DNA of 64,000 nucleotides from Gammaproteobacteria bacterium (GTDB lineage Bacteria; Pseudomonadota; Gammaproteobacteria; Eutrophobiales; Eutrophobiaceae): NCBI GenBank assembly GCA_963422205.2, contig CAXMWX010000005.1, positions 352,001 to 416,000 of the forward strand, read 5' to 3'. Shown piece by piece: positions 49,830 to 60,416 of this stretch (position 1 is its first letter; each line of letters starts with the position of its first letter). The notes under the pieces were generated by a model. It saw only the letters and a program-made list of their open reading frames with translations, ran no database searches and was not told where the DNA came from. The position numbers and the translations under genes were made by a program.

Positions 49830-50351
49830 TTATAACTTATTCTTAGCCACACGTTTCTCAACCCCATGCCGGGTTCTGACCTCGATCTCCTGTTCCATGA
49901 AGGCCATGAGCTTATCCAAAATCACCTTTCGCTCGGCCTTGTTTTTGCCCTGCTTGAGCGCCTGCTGCACCACGTAAGCCCAGCGATACACCGTGGGATA
50001 CGGGGTCTTGAACTGGGCAAACCATTCAGTCACTTGCGGGTAGGAGCGCCCTAACAGCCGCACCAGATCATACTTGCCGAAGGTCTTGTCCACGTGCCTG
50101 TGAATATACGCCAGCAACTCGGTGGGGTGCGGGAAGCGGGGCAGAAAATACGCCTCTGGATGTTCGTACAGGTACCGTGTCAGGGCGCTGGTCGCCAAGT
50201 CCTTGATGGCATTTTTATCATTGGCAGGGGCAATCATGTTCGGGATATTCAAGCCCAGCAGGAAGACAAGATCGCGCTGCCGCAGATCTTCTATATCGGC
50301 CAGGGCACGGGCATGACCGTAAGTGACCGGCTTATCAGATTCAGGTTTCAT
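49830..50351 (-). CDS. Hypothetical protein, possibly DNA-binding
   Basis: Clean ORF with AGAGAG RBS, divergent from 50443. Confidence 0.6.
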   Translation of the reverse strand: MKPESDKPVTYGHARALADIEDLRQRDLVFLLGLNIPNMIAPANDKNAIKDLATSALTRYLYEHPEAYFLPRFPHPTELLAYIHRHVDKTFGKYDLVRLLGRSYPQVTEWFAQFKTPYPTVYRWAYVVQQALKQGKNKAERKVILDKLMAFMEQEIEVRTRHGVEKRVAKNKL

Positions 50352-50442
50352 TATCTCTCTCGTTGTGTATTTAGTATCTGGTATGATTATATACACTATG
50401 TGATATAATGCTACTGCATAGACATCACGTACAAGCCAAACC

Positions 50443-51015
50443 ATGTCCATCTCCACCCTAAGCGGCTATTATAGCTACCGCCATCGTGTCCCGGCCAGGG
50501 TCAAGTTGAAATCCATCATCACCTCGCCCGCCCCGCCACGGAGCGGGATTACCCTGGGCTGTCTTGAAACCCAGCGTGCCCTGATCAGCCGGGTCTATCG
50601 GCGTGAGCAGGCAAAAGGCCGGCAGCTTGTTCGTATTGAGGTCAAACTGGAATTGGGCGAGATGCAGAACCTGGCACGTCCTGACCTGTCGGATTTGCCC
50701 CACCTGACCCTGCTGCATTTGGCCTTTATCAAAAAACGCCTGCGGGAGTCTATTGCGGATTACCTGATCGCCTATCAGCGAGGAGGCCGAGGCAAGCAGG
50801 TCTATGCCGACCCCAGAGAGGCGGTCAAATACCAGCCGGGCTTGTTGGATAAACTGCTACGGGAGCCCGCCTTCTCTCATGTCCGCATGGTGATCTGGCA
50901 GCCTGAATCTGTGGAGGGCGATATGCCCGGGCCTATCCAGGTGGCCACGCTGTTCAATACCCGCCATATCGTCAGCGCCACGGCCGTGAATAGGAAAACG
51001 AAGGTGGTGTATTGA
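50443..51015 (+). CDS. Hypothetical protein
   Basis: 190-aa ORF whose 3' end is duplicated at 54836. Confidence 0.6.
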   Translation: MSISTLSGYYSYRHRVPARVKLKSIITSPAPPRSGITLGCLETQRALISRVYRREQAKGRQLVRIEVKLELGEMQNLARPDLSDLPHLTLLHLAFIKKRLRESIADYLIAYQRGGRGKQVYADPREAVKYQPGLLDKLLREPAFSHVRMVIWQPESVEGDMPGPIQVATLFNTRHIVSATAVNRKTKVVY

Positions 51016-51129
51016 GCTGGTTTCTGAACTGGGCCCGCTTCCGAGCACCAAAGCTACCACAGCCCCGACAAAACGAAGCTGAGGTCAGTCGGTTAGGTAG
51101 CGTCCAAGCATGGTCTATATGCCAGCAGG
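50911..51129 (+). repeat. About 220-bp direct repeat, copy 1 (copy 2 at 54836-55055)
   Basis: gtggagggcgatatgcccgggcctatccag...caagcatggtctatatgccagcagg shared. Confidence 0.9.
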
Positions 51130-51299
51130 GATCCACCCCCTATTGCCCTTTTTATTGTGCTGGATAGGGTTCGGCAGGCTCACCAAGCAAATGTACTGCA
51201 CAGGGGTTTGTCATCCCAGTCCCTTGTGTGGTCTTAGTCCGTTATATTTGACCAGCCAGCCTGTCTGCGTGAAGGGACGCACAGGCAGGTCGGCCAGTT

Positions 51300-52235
51300 T
51301 TTCGTTGAACAGGTTCAGGTCTTCAAACAGCAGCTGTTCATGGAAGTCCACGACCTGTCTGCGTGCGGACACGCACAGGCAGGACTGCTCTTGACTGGTG
51401 CGGTTAAAGCGCTCACAGATGGTTCGGCAAGCTCACCAGCCACGGCATTCATTTTGGGGGTTTTGGGATAGGTGTATAGATGCAGGATCTGACTATCATT
51501 GAGCCGTTGGTCAAACGCGCCCTTGAACGTAACGCCACTGTCGGTAATCACCTGCTGGATGGGGAAGGGGGTCAAGCGGAAACACGTCTCAAAGAAGTCT
51601 CTGGCAGCTTGGCTGCTCCGTTTCGGCACCGCCAGGACTAAGGCATAGCCACTGGCTTCGTCAATAGAGGTGAGGAGATACCCCCCGGCCACCTGCCTAC
51701 GCCGCTCGATGGCGTCCAGTCCCACACACTCGCCAATCTGGCTGGGGCGATAGCCTTTAGGGCGGCGTGTGACGGGGGTTCTTCGATAGGCTTTGGCTTT
51801 CCCCTTCGGGCTCAAGGCCGGGGGTGAGATTCGCCTCTTGTCGGGGGTATCGGCAATCAGCCCGTCTGCGTACCCGCACAGACAGGGCGGCCAATGGTCG
51901 AAGTACTGGGACAGGGCAATCCCCTGGCCTGACACCAGGATCTGAGCAGTACCTGACACTGCTCTTTATCCAGATTGGGCAGGTCTTGGCGCCGTTGGCG
52001 TATCTGCTGGATAACCGCTTGTGGTCAGCGGCGAGTGCGCTTCGGTGCTTTGGGGGTCGGACACAAGCCAGACAGTCCCCACTCGCGGTAGGCTTTGCGC
52101 CAGGCATACAGGGTACGGCGGCTCTGGTGGGTGAGCTTGTCGAACCACTGCCACTGTGGTCAAGGGCGGGTCAGGCCATGCTTGTCCCAGAATCTAAGCA
52201 CACTGACTTGCCTGCACGCAGCACGCAAGCAGGGA
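51300..52235 (-). mobile_element. IS481-like DDE transposase remnant
   Basis: GECVGLD.I, T.IDE.S, PF.I..V.TD.G..F, H.YTYPKTPKMNA; frameshifted. Confidence 0.7.
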
Positions 52236-52414
52236 CGCTGTGCGGCGATTTGATTATTCATGTCCGCCCTTATTGCATGGCTGCCCGTGCGATAAAAGCC
52301 TTTTATTCGATACCCTATATGCTGATAGTGCTCTCGCTTTCTCTCTGAGCCGTGCAGTGTGTTTCTGGACTTGTACATGATAGTTTTTAGTAATGTATAC
52401 TGAATCATTTAAGT

Positions 52415-52545
52415 ATACATCTCGAACAGGTGTTCGAAGCGTTCATTGTCGTTTTTGAACTGGCGGTCAATAGTGATGCGCTCCAGGTTGCGTTGTTGCG
52501 GTTATGCACGCGGGCGAGGTTTTCGGGCATCGCGTCCGGGCATAT
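52415..52545 (-). pseudogene. Remnant of an MmeI/YeeA-like methyltransferase 3' end
   Basis: Similar to 53985-54112 (PDAMPENLAR...FKND.ER.EHLF). Confidence 0.7.
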
Positions 52546-52794
52546 TTCACCGAAACAGAGGGAATGGATTTATCAGTAGTCATGTCAGGTGCCTTACCTC
52601 AATTCGTGCGTTCTTGTTTTCCGATAGTCCAAAAATAGACTACCGTTGCGACTTGATTAAATTTTGCAAGTGATCTCTCATGGAGTGGACATGCACAGGC
52701 TGCGGTTCCAGATCAGTCTAGGGGATTTCTCATAGCACCAATGTCGGTCAACCAAAGGGGCACCACCCTCATCTTCAACCCCTCTATCCGCCTT

Positions 52795-53943
52795 TTACCG
52801 GTCTGGATAAAATACCCAGCGTTGCTTGGCCACCTGCTCGTCCCATGTAATTCCATCCGGGAGATTTCTTGGTGGATAAGCACTCGGATTTTGGGCAGCG
52901 TCTGCTAGCTGTTCCTGCGTTAGCTCTTTTACGTTGGCGAAGTCAGCAGCACCAAGGTCAGCGCGGTTAAAATTTTTATGGGTGAGCGTTGCTTCAGTTA
53001 AATCTATGCCTATGAGTTTCGCACGGGCGAGTATCGCCCTGCCCAAAGTTGCTTCTTTGAGCATTGCTCCGGTGAGGTCTGCGTGGGTAAGATCAGCATC
53101 AATTAACAACGCAGCGTTGAGGTTTGCACGGTTAAGGCTCGCGTCAGTTAGTTGAGCACCGATAAGATTCGCGCCAGCTAAGATCGCTAAGGTGAAATCC
53201 ACGCCAGCGAGCATTGTGTGTCTGAGGTGTGCGTAGAAGAGATAAGTGTCTCTCAGGTTGATGCGATAATGCCCCTCTCTCTCGGTCTCAAGCTGCTGAT
53301 GACTTCTCCGGCCGATCACTCTGACGATCTCAACAACATCGGGCCTGGCCATGTCGTTGACACCTTGCGACGGGCTCACGTCATCCAGCATAGGGGCTAC
53401 ATGCTTATGGCGCATTGCACCGTGTGTAGCCGGGCGGTGTAGCGCAGGATCGTCGACTGGATGGCGTGCGAAGGCCGAAAGCACGTCCATAACCTGGAGG
53501 TGATAATCCTTCGGGTGGTCCCGCGCCAGCCGCGCCAGCGCATAAATCCCGCCCAGACGAACGGAAAGATTGCTGCTGCCGAGTAGTTCCACGCCTTTCT
53601 AGTAGCGGTCGTTGCGAAGGCCGCTTTCCGATGTCTCCGCCTGCCGATTGGCTGTCTTTGCCTGCTCGTTTGCCGTATTCGCCTGTTGGGTTGCAATCGC
53701 AGTCTGCTGGCTTGCGATCTAGCTTCGCCAAACTGCAAGGAATGCACCCCAAAAAGCAATCACCAGGAGGCCGTAATTGCGGACGATTTAATTAACCGGC
53801 TGCTGGTAGCTGGCGGTTGTAATCTCGAAATATCCCGCAATACCAAAAACAGCGGTCGCCACAATCGCGATAACAAAGGTTACGGTGCTCGCCCGTTCTT
53901 TAAGCCATGTCTTAAAGAAAGTCCACGTCTTACGCATTTGCAT
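52795..53943 (-). pseudogene. Pentapeptide-repeat membrane protein with in-frame stops
   Basis: ELLGS....VRLGGIYAL.RLA and A(D/N)L repeats; three premature stops in the 5' part. Confidence 0.8.
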
Positions 53944-53945
53944 GA

Positions 53946-54770
53946 TCATCTTCTATTCGTCTTGGCGATGGTCATTTCTGTGTAGAGATCAAACAGGTGT
54001 TCGAGGCGTTCAGTGTCGTTTTTGAAGCGGCGGCCGATGTAGATGCGCTCCAGCACCTCATCATTTTGGGTGTGGGCGCGGGCGAGGTTCTCGGGCATGG
54101 CGTCCGGCTTATAGAGGTCGGCGATGGTGGCGGGAAAGTGCGCCTCGCGGGCCAGCAGAATATCTTCGGCCCGGCGGGTCAACTCGGCGCGTCCATTCTC
54201 GGTGAGTTTGGGCACGGGAAAGGGGTTCCAGCCCAGGGTGTTGGAGTAGGAAAAGTCCGTCCTAAGCCGGACGCAAACTGCCGCAATCCATACCCAGTGC
54301 AGGCGCGAGGCGATCAGCGCCATGTTCCAGGGCGGAGCGTCATAGAGGGCATAGATTTTGTTGGTAATCGCAGTTTTCGAATCCAGCAGACCGCATGGAA
54401 GATAATCCCGATTTTCTGAACTGATCGCAGGAATAGCAATTGCCTGCTCTCTGCCGATATTCATCTCGCGCATCTGGTGTGCCCGCTCCGCCATCGCGTT
54501 GGCGCCCTTGTCCCTGCTGGCAAGGCGCATTGTGCGGACACCTTCGATGCGTCGGTTTATGGACTTGATCGCCATGGCCTCTTCGAGATGTTCATCCTCG
54601 ATCCAGAGCACGTAGCGCGATTTTCCCTGAATGAACTCCGCCGATCCGTAGATGCGCCGGATTAAGCGCTCTGCTTGCTCCGTACTCAAGCCGAGTGCTT
54701 AAACCTCGCTTCGTGACATCAGCAAATGCCCGCCGTCATAAGGCATATTCCCGCGTAGCATTTCGGCGAT
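53946..54770 (-). pseudogene. MmeI/YeeA-like DNA methyltransferase, C-terminal fragment
   Basis: YGS.EFI.G..RY.LWI, SSENR.Y.P.G, YSNTLGWN.FP.P, ADLY.PD.MP; the N-terminal MTase part is missing. Confidence 0.8.
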
Positions 54771-54835
54771 TTTCGCAAGAATCCAGCCTATAATTCCGTT
54801 GTGCTTGAGGAAACTGATAGCTAATGACTAAGCAG

Positions 54836-55055
54836 GTGGAGGGCGATATGCCCGGGCCTATCCAGGTGGCCACGCTGTTCAATACCCGCCATATCATCAG
54901 CGCCACGGCCGTGAATAGGAAAACGAAAGTGGTGTATTGAGTTGGTCTCTGAACTGGGCACGCTTCCGAGCACCAAAGTGGTCACTGCCCCGACAAGGGC
55001 GACGCTGAGGGCAATCGGTTGGGTGGCGTCCAAGCATGGTCTATATGCCAGCAGG
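54836..55055 (+). repeat. About 220-bp direct repeat, copy 2
   Basis: Matches 50911-51129. Confidence 0.9.
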
Positions 55056-55135
55056 TAGTCTATACTATCCTGGATGATAGCCAGGGCTTCAGTGATGATT
55101 ATGATAGCCATCAATATGACTGAATAAGAAGAGAT

Positions 55136-55354
55136 ATGCCTGACAAACCACTAGCCGTTGCCCCCGGATCAATAGCGCAAATAAAATGCGTGTCATTTGA
55201 CCGGATAGCGGCTGAAAAACAGCAAGGGCGGGAACACCAACACCGGGCTATAGCCGAGGGTAGGCTGACCCGTGAAGAGGCGCAGAGACAGAATCGTTTC
55301 ATTCTGCCATCCCCTGATGTTGTCATTACCTGGCCAGATGATGATGACTGGTAA
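55136..55354 (+). CDS. Small putative antitoxin
   Basis: 72 aa, KQQ.RE....AI..G...RE..Q..N; overlaps the NTase-like gene. Confidence 0.55.
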   Translation: MPDKPLAVAPGSIAQIKCVSFDRIAAEKQQGREHQHRAIAEGRLTREEAQRQNRFILPSPDVVITWPDDDDW

Positions 55355-56233
55355 GATAACAACCTTTACCATAGCCGATATTGCAGGAATACTCAGGGCA
55401 ATAGATATGCCATGCTCACCGATTTTGGTAGATAGCAAGCACTGAATTTCTGGGCGGAGCATTACTTGCCCAGGTTCCCTGCCATGCAAGCATGGCTGCC
55501 CTTCGCCAGAGAGGATGTTGATTTTCTAGGCGATGCAGATGATGCCTTGACGCTTAACACTATATGGCGAGGGAAGATTTACTTGCCGACAATGGATGAC
55601 CATACCCCGCATGCTGCCAGGGTTTCCATCGCCTTGAATGATGGCCGCAGAATAGCCTTGGGCTTTCTGACAACGCTGATTGGCTTAGATGAGTTGGCTG
55701 TCAGAAAAAAAGCGGTTGCAGTATCCTTACCGGAAGAGACAGCATCACTGTTTGTGATGCACCCATTACATTGTTTAGCCAGCAGATTATATAACACGTA
55801 TGGGATACTGAATCGCCGGAATAATGCGGATGGGACGCACCAGTGTGAGCGAGTCCACCTTGCTGTTAATGTTGTCAGGCAGATGCTGACAGAGAAAATA
55901 ACAGCATCCTCAGAGGGACAGAGACCAACAGCATTGATTGAAGAGTTAGCTGCTTTGACACTGACACAGGCAGCTAAAAAAGCCTTCTGCCTTGACAATA
56001 TAAATACCATGGATGCCTTACCGGATAGGCTTGTCTTGTCTCATCTGGGGGAGAACTTTTTAAGCAAACCTCTTCCCCAGATACAAAAACAAACAGCCGA
56101 CAAAAGAAAGCGATATATGGCTGTTATTGAAAAGCAACTCGCAACACCCTCACCCGCCAAGCAACAATCATCGTTGAGCCCGGGTATTGATGATGCTAGT
56201 TGGCAGAGAGCTAATGAATGTTACGAGGGTTGA
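55341..56233 (+). pseudogene. Nucleotidyltransferase-like protein, 5' frameshift
   Basis: Broken ILV..QALNFWAE.Y motif, EDVDFLG, MHPLHCL.SR..N. Confidence 0.6.
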
Positions 56234-56304
56234 ACCATTCGACAGGCGACTGATATGCTACCAATATGACTATTATGTTGGTATAATATTCGTTATTTAG
56301 CCTT

Positions 56305-56326
56305 TTATACTATTATAATAGTATAA
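56305..56326. promoter_or_regulatory. 22-bp perfect palindrome, probable XRE operator
   Basis: TTATACTATTATAATAGTATAA ending 1 bp before the xre ATG. Confidence 0.7.
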
Positions 56327-56327
56327 T

Positions 56328-56576
56328 ATGAATAACGAACGCTATCTTGTTTCGCTTGGGCAACGCCTTCGTCAGGCCCGAAGGCTGCGCTTTCCTCAAG
56401 ATGACTTAAAGGCATTTTCTGTCCGCATCGGGGTAAGCCGCGCTACCCTGCAGAAAATGGAACAAGGTGACACGCATGTTGCCTTTGGTAGTTACCTGTC
56501 TGCCGCTGACATTCTGGATATGACGGACGCATTCAATCAGCTGTTCGAAATTGAGAAAAGCCTATTTGATGATTAA
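56328..56576 (+). CDS. XRE-family HTH antitoxin
   Basis: LRQARR, RIGVSRATLQKMEQGD; ATGA-type overlap with hipA. Confidence 0.85.
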   Translation: MNNERYLVSLGQRLRQARRLRFPQDDLKAFSVRIGVSRATLQKMEQGDTHVAFGSYLSAADILDMTDAFNQLFEIEKSLFDD

Positions 56577-57870
56577 ACAACACTATAACGTCTATCTCAA
56601 CACAACAATGAGTGGCATTATCCAAGCTGGCGAGTCCGTCATCCAGGAAATTAATGGTATTACCACAACTGTAGGGTTTCGGTACACGCCGGAGTATTTA
56701 CATAGTGAGGCGGCTATACCCCTGTGCCCAAGGCAATTACCACTCAAAAATAGCGACTTCATACTACAGTGCGCCAAAGGGTACAGGCCCGGCTTTATTG
56801 ATGATTATCTGCCGGATGACTGGGGCAGAAAAATCCTGTCAAGATTAGCCTATCAGCAATCACAGAAACAACTCTCAACCAGTAGCTGTATTGATATGCT
56901 GTCATACCTTAACAGCAGCAGAACAGGGGCGCTTTTGCTCATCCCTCAAGATAACCCGAAGGCACATCAGCCTGTATATGGCTTAGGTATGCCGCTTGAC
57001 CATCTTGCTAGAATTGAAGCAGCGTCCCAACAAGTCAACCAAGATGTGCTGAGTGACATCAGCTATGATGAGATGTCTATGATCTATCTGGCAAACTCCG
57101 GTACTGGTGTTGGGGGTGCTCGCCCAAAAGCCCTGGTCTATGATAATAACGGTGCTTATCTGGCAAAATTTAATACCACTCGTGATCCGTACAATGCCGC
57201 AAGGGTTGAATCTGCCTGCCTGTCTATGGCAGTGGCTGCTGGCATAGATGTGCCCGAATCAACAATTCTGACGAGAGTTAATCAACGAGATGCTGTGCTC
57301 ATTAAGAGGTTTGACATCAATAACGATTCAGCCAAAAGCCGTAACCATCTAATCACCTTCAATGCACTGCTAAAAGATCCTGTCACACAGATGGATGAGC
57401 CATTGCCGTTTACCTACAACCAGGTTTTTTCGGTACTACAGAAACATTCGGTTGCCATTGAACATGACGCCAGGCAATTATTAGCCCTTATGCTATTTAA
57501 TCGCTGTATCAATAACACGGACGACCATCCAAGAAATTTCAGTCTACTCCATTCAGAGGACGGTTATCGACTTGCGCCAGCTTATGATTTAATGCCGTCA
57601 TTGGTGATGGGTAATTATCATGCAGCAGGGTTTGATTATTCGCCTAATCCACCCACGTTACTTGAAATCCAAAAGCATAAAAAACCTTTTGGTTTGCCCA
57701 AAGGCGATGTAACAGAAATTGCGGAGCGTGTCAGTACGGCCATAGGGCAATGGACTCACTTTGCCAAGGAAGCGGGACTAACAAATGATGAGGAAAAATT
57801 ACTTGCTTCTGTTTTTCATAGTGATTTAAATACAGCGAGAAATACAGTCAGTCAAACGCCAAGTATGTGA
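56569..57870 (+). CDS. hipA: HipA-family kinase toxin
   Basis: DYLPDDWG, GVGGARPK, YLAKF, KRFD, NTDDHPRNFS, LAPAYD; tail VSQTPSM. Confidence 0.92.
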   Translation: MIKQHYNVYLNTTMSGIIQAGESVIQEINGITTTVGFRYTPEYLHSEAAIPLCPRQLPLKNSDFILQCAKGYRPGFIDDYLPDDWGRKILSRLAYQQSQKQLSTSSCIDMLSYLNSSRTGALLLIPQDNPKAHQPVYGLGMPLDHLARIEAASQQVNQDVLSDISYDEMSMIYLANSGTGVGGARPKALVYDNNGAYLAKFNTTRDPYNAARVESACLSMAVAAGIDVPESTILTRVNQRDAVLIKRFDINNDSAKSRNHLITFNALLKDPVTQMDEPLPFTYNQVFSVLQKHSVAIEHDARQLLALMLFNRCINNTDDHPRNFSLLHSEDGYRLAPAYDLMPSLVMGNYHAAGFDYSPNPPTLLEIQKHKKPFGLPKGDVTEIAERVSTAIGQWTHFAKEAGLTNDEEKLLASVFHSDLNTARNTVSQTPSM

Positions 57871-58009
57871 GAGTAAATACAGCAAATACCATACATTTCA
57901 AGGGGAAAGCAAAAAACTTAACTGCCCCGGCCCAGTCGGAGTGGTATTGTGATCGGTAGACCGCGCCCGCACTCAGCGCCGGGCAAAACGCATTTATGTC
58001 ATCCGCACT

Positions 58010-58150
58010 GACGAGGGTCTGGTCGTTAAGCGCTTGAATCAGAAAAGCAGCAAATGGCAGTTCATCAGCGACCATCCGGCCTGGAAGTCCATGGACTGGA
58101 GAAATGACATGATGGTGATTGGCGAGGTGGTATGGACGACGAGGACGTTA
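58010..58150 (+). pseudogene. S24 peptidase (phage repressor C-terminal) remnant
   Basis: Translates to DEGLVVKRL...ISDHPAW...VIGEVVW. Confidence 0.55.
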
Positions 58151-58195
58151 CGGCCTATGATGGTGGTAAGGACATTCACTTGGAGTTGCTAAAAA

Positions 58196-58360
58196 GGGCT
58201 GGGCGGTTGCGTATCGGAAATATCTGCCAGAGCCGTTGAAGGAGAGTTACATTAAGGCCGAGGAGGAAGCCAAAGCTCGGAAGGCTGGCTTGTGGACGGG
58301 CGAGTTTGTAACGCCCAGCAAGTGGCGCAAAGGCGAGCGGTTGGGGGGAGGTGCGAGTAG
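58196..58360 (+). pseudogene. Thermonuclease (SNase) C-terminal remnant
   Basis: GWAVAYRKY...Y..AE.EAK..K.GLW.G.F..P..WRKG. Confidence 0.65.
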
Positions 58361-58573
58361 TTGCAAAACAAGCAGCACATCAGCTACTATAGGGGGTGTT
58401 GATACATGATTATTGAAAAATTTTCTTCTTTCCGGGACATTCTGACGTGGATATTGGCCTTGGGTATCATAGGCATTGCAATTGCGTTTATCTATGCCGT
58501 TTGGGCCAAACCACCGAAATTTTGATTTTTCAACCTAAAATTTGGTACAACGACAACAGCAACTAATAGAGAT

Positions 58574-58927
58574 ATGGTCGCTTTTTTCAAGTCCCAAAAG
58601 TGTCCGCAAGGATGGAGTTCCTATGATCTTGTAGAAGGTCGCTATATTGTGGGGACAGCATCGACGGGCAAAGTTGAGGAAATGATCGGCAACAAGCTAA
58701 GTCCAAATGAAAACAGACCCACTGGATTGCATACTCACGAAACCACCGTTTATAAAATTCAGCACAATGGAATCTCTGAAGATGGGCTAGATACGAAGTT
58801 TCGTGGTTCTTCAAACGTAAAAATCAATGTAGCTTTTGCCAGTAAAACTAATAAACAGCCTGGTTTAAAAAGGTACGAACGCGCCCTATATCACGTTGAA
58901 AGCATGTATATGCACGTCAGCGGCTAA
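58574..58927 (+). CDS. Phage tail-collar-like fragment / hypothetical
   Basis: VAFF....CP.GW.....GRYIVG...H.H pattern. Confidence 0.4.
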   Translation: MVAFFKSQKCPQGWSSYDLVEGRYIVGTASTGKVEEMIGNKLSPNENRPTGLHTHETTVYKIQHNGISEDGLDTKFRGSSNVKINVAFASKTNKQPGLKRYERALYHVESMYMHVSG

Positions 58928-59003
58928 TCGTACTGCCGCCCCAAACGCTCATAACTGATCATGAGCAACTCGCAGACAAGGTAAAATGAAAAGCATTATT
59001 ACA

Positions 59004-59801
59004 TTACAGGCACATACTTGGGGTTATGTCTGGTTTTTTAGATGATGTCGCCGTGCATGGTGTGATACCCAGTGCGTGCCAGTAAGGTTTGAAACCATTT
59101 TCAATCGCCTGACATACCAGCTTGATAAAAGGGTCATAGTTTTTTTCTGTATGCACTTTATCCAGGGCATGGTAGTAGAAAAAACGTTGATCTACCGCAA
59201 TAATGGCAGCGGGATAACCGGCCTTCATCAGTTCAGCATTCATCAATAAACGTGATGTTCTGCCATTCCCATCAATAAAGGGATGAATCCCGATGAAATC
59301 GGCATGGACACGTGCTGCCCTCTCAACAGGATGCAGTGTCAGCGCTTCTTCCGTATACCACCGAATAAAATTCTGCATCTCTCCTGCTACCACTACTGGC
59401 TCTGGAGGAATATGCCTGGCACCACCAATCCTGACCGACACCTTACGGTATACGCCAGCATTATCATTATCGATTTGCTTTAAAACCAGTTGATGAATAT
59501 TCTTAATATGCCATTCAGACAAGGGCTGGCTTTCCTGCACCAGACTTTCAATATAGTTAATAGCATCACTATGATTGATGACTTCAAGATGCTCTCTCAT
59601 CGTCTTACCACCCACAGTGATGCCCTCAAGCACCACTTTGGTTTCCAGAAGCGTCAGTGAATTGCCCTCAATGGCATTTGAATGATAAGTCCAATCCAGC
59701 ACAAGGTTCTCTCTCAGCCTGGCGAGAACCGCATCAGGTAACGGACGATGCTCGTCCAGTTGCCCTTTAAGCCGCTCGAGTATTCTATAGTCTTGCATCA
59801 T
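59004..59801 (-). CDS. Fic family protein (class II, N-terminal inhibitory helix)
   Basis: TYHSNAIEGN, HPFIDGNGRTSR; tail KKPDITPSMCL. Confidence 0.93.
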   Translation of the reverse strand: MMQDYRILERLKGQLDEHRPLPDAVLARLRENLVLDWTYHSNAIEGNSLTLLETKVVLEGITVGGKTMREHLEVINHSDAINYIESLVQESQPLSEWHIKNIHQLVLKQIDNDNAGVYRKVSVRIGGARHIPPEPVVVAGEMQNFIRWYTEEALTLHPVERAARVHADFIGIHPFIDGNGRTSRLLMNAELMKAGYPAAIIAVDQRFFYYHALDKVHTEKNYDPFIKLVCQAIENGFKPYWHALGITPCTATSSKKPDITPSMCL

Positions 59802-59825
59802 GCCGCCTTACTATGATGTTACAGA

Positions 59826-60416
59826 CTAATCCATGCACTTTCTTATGGTTGTAAACCCAGACTCGCCGATAAGATGAGGCTTGCTATCGTGATTGATCTG
59901 GCACATCTCCTCCAGGGCATACAGCGTTTTCTGCGGGAAACGATCCAGCGGATAGTAGTGGGATATGATATCAACGGCCTGTTTATAGTCGTTGATCTGT
60001 AAGTGTGCAAGCAGATACCGAATGTCACCGTAATCGTGGAACGAATTTTCCAGCCGCATTGACAGACATTTCATTGCCAGCAGGTACTGGGGCTGGGCAA
60101 CCATCACCTTCAGATGGCTAAGTGCCAGGAAAGGGGCAAACGTACCTTTATCACTCAGATAGCCCTTGACACCATCATTGAGCCAGTTCTTATCAATACG
60201 CTTATCTGAGGCAACCTTTGTGGCCGCTTCCCGGATCGTTGTCGCCGGACTAAAAAACGCATCTATATCCTGGGTCGTTGGCCTCACCTCATACACCAGG
60301 CACATGACAGCACCACCAACCAGATAAATATCTCCTTGCACATCGTCTTTTTGCAGTTCCCGGTTGAGCTCATGGAATAAGACTTCTACCTGTTCTTTAC
60401 CAAGACCTGTTGCCAT
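59826..60416 (-). CDS. Nucleotidyltransferase (DUF6036-like)
   Basis: LVGGAVM, R..T.DIDA, WLND.VKG, YLLAMK. Confidence 0.85.
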   Translation of the reverse strand: MATGLGKEQVEVLFHELNRELQKDDVQGDIYLVGGAVMCLVYEVRPTTQDIDAFFSPATTIREAATKVASDKRIDKNWLNDGVKGYLSDKGTFAPFLALSHLKVMVAQPQYLLAMKCLSMRLENSFHDYGDIRYLLAHLQINDYKQAVDIISHYYPLDRFPQKTLYALEEMCQINHDSKPHLIGESGFTTIRKCMD

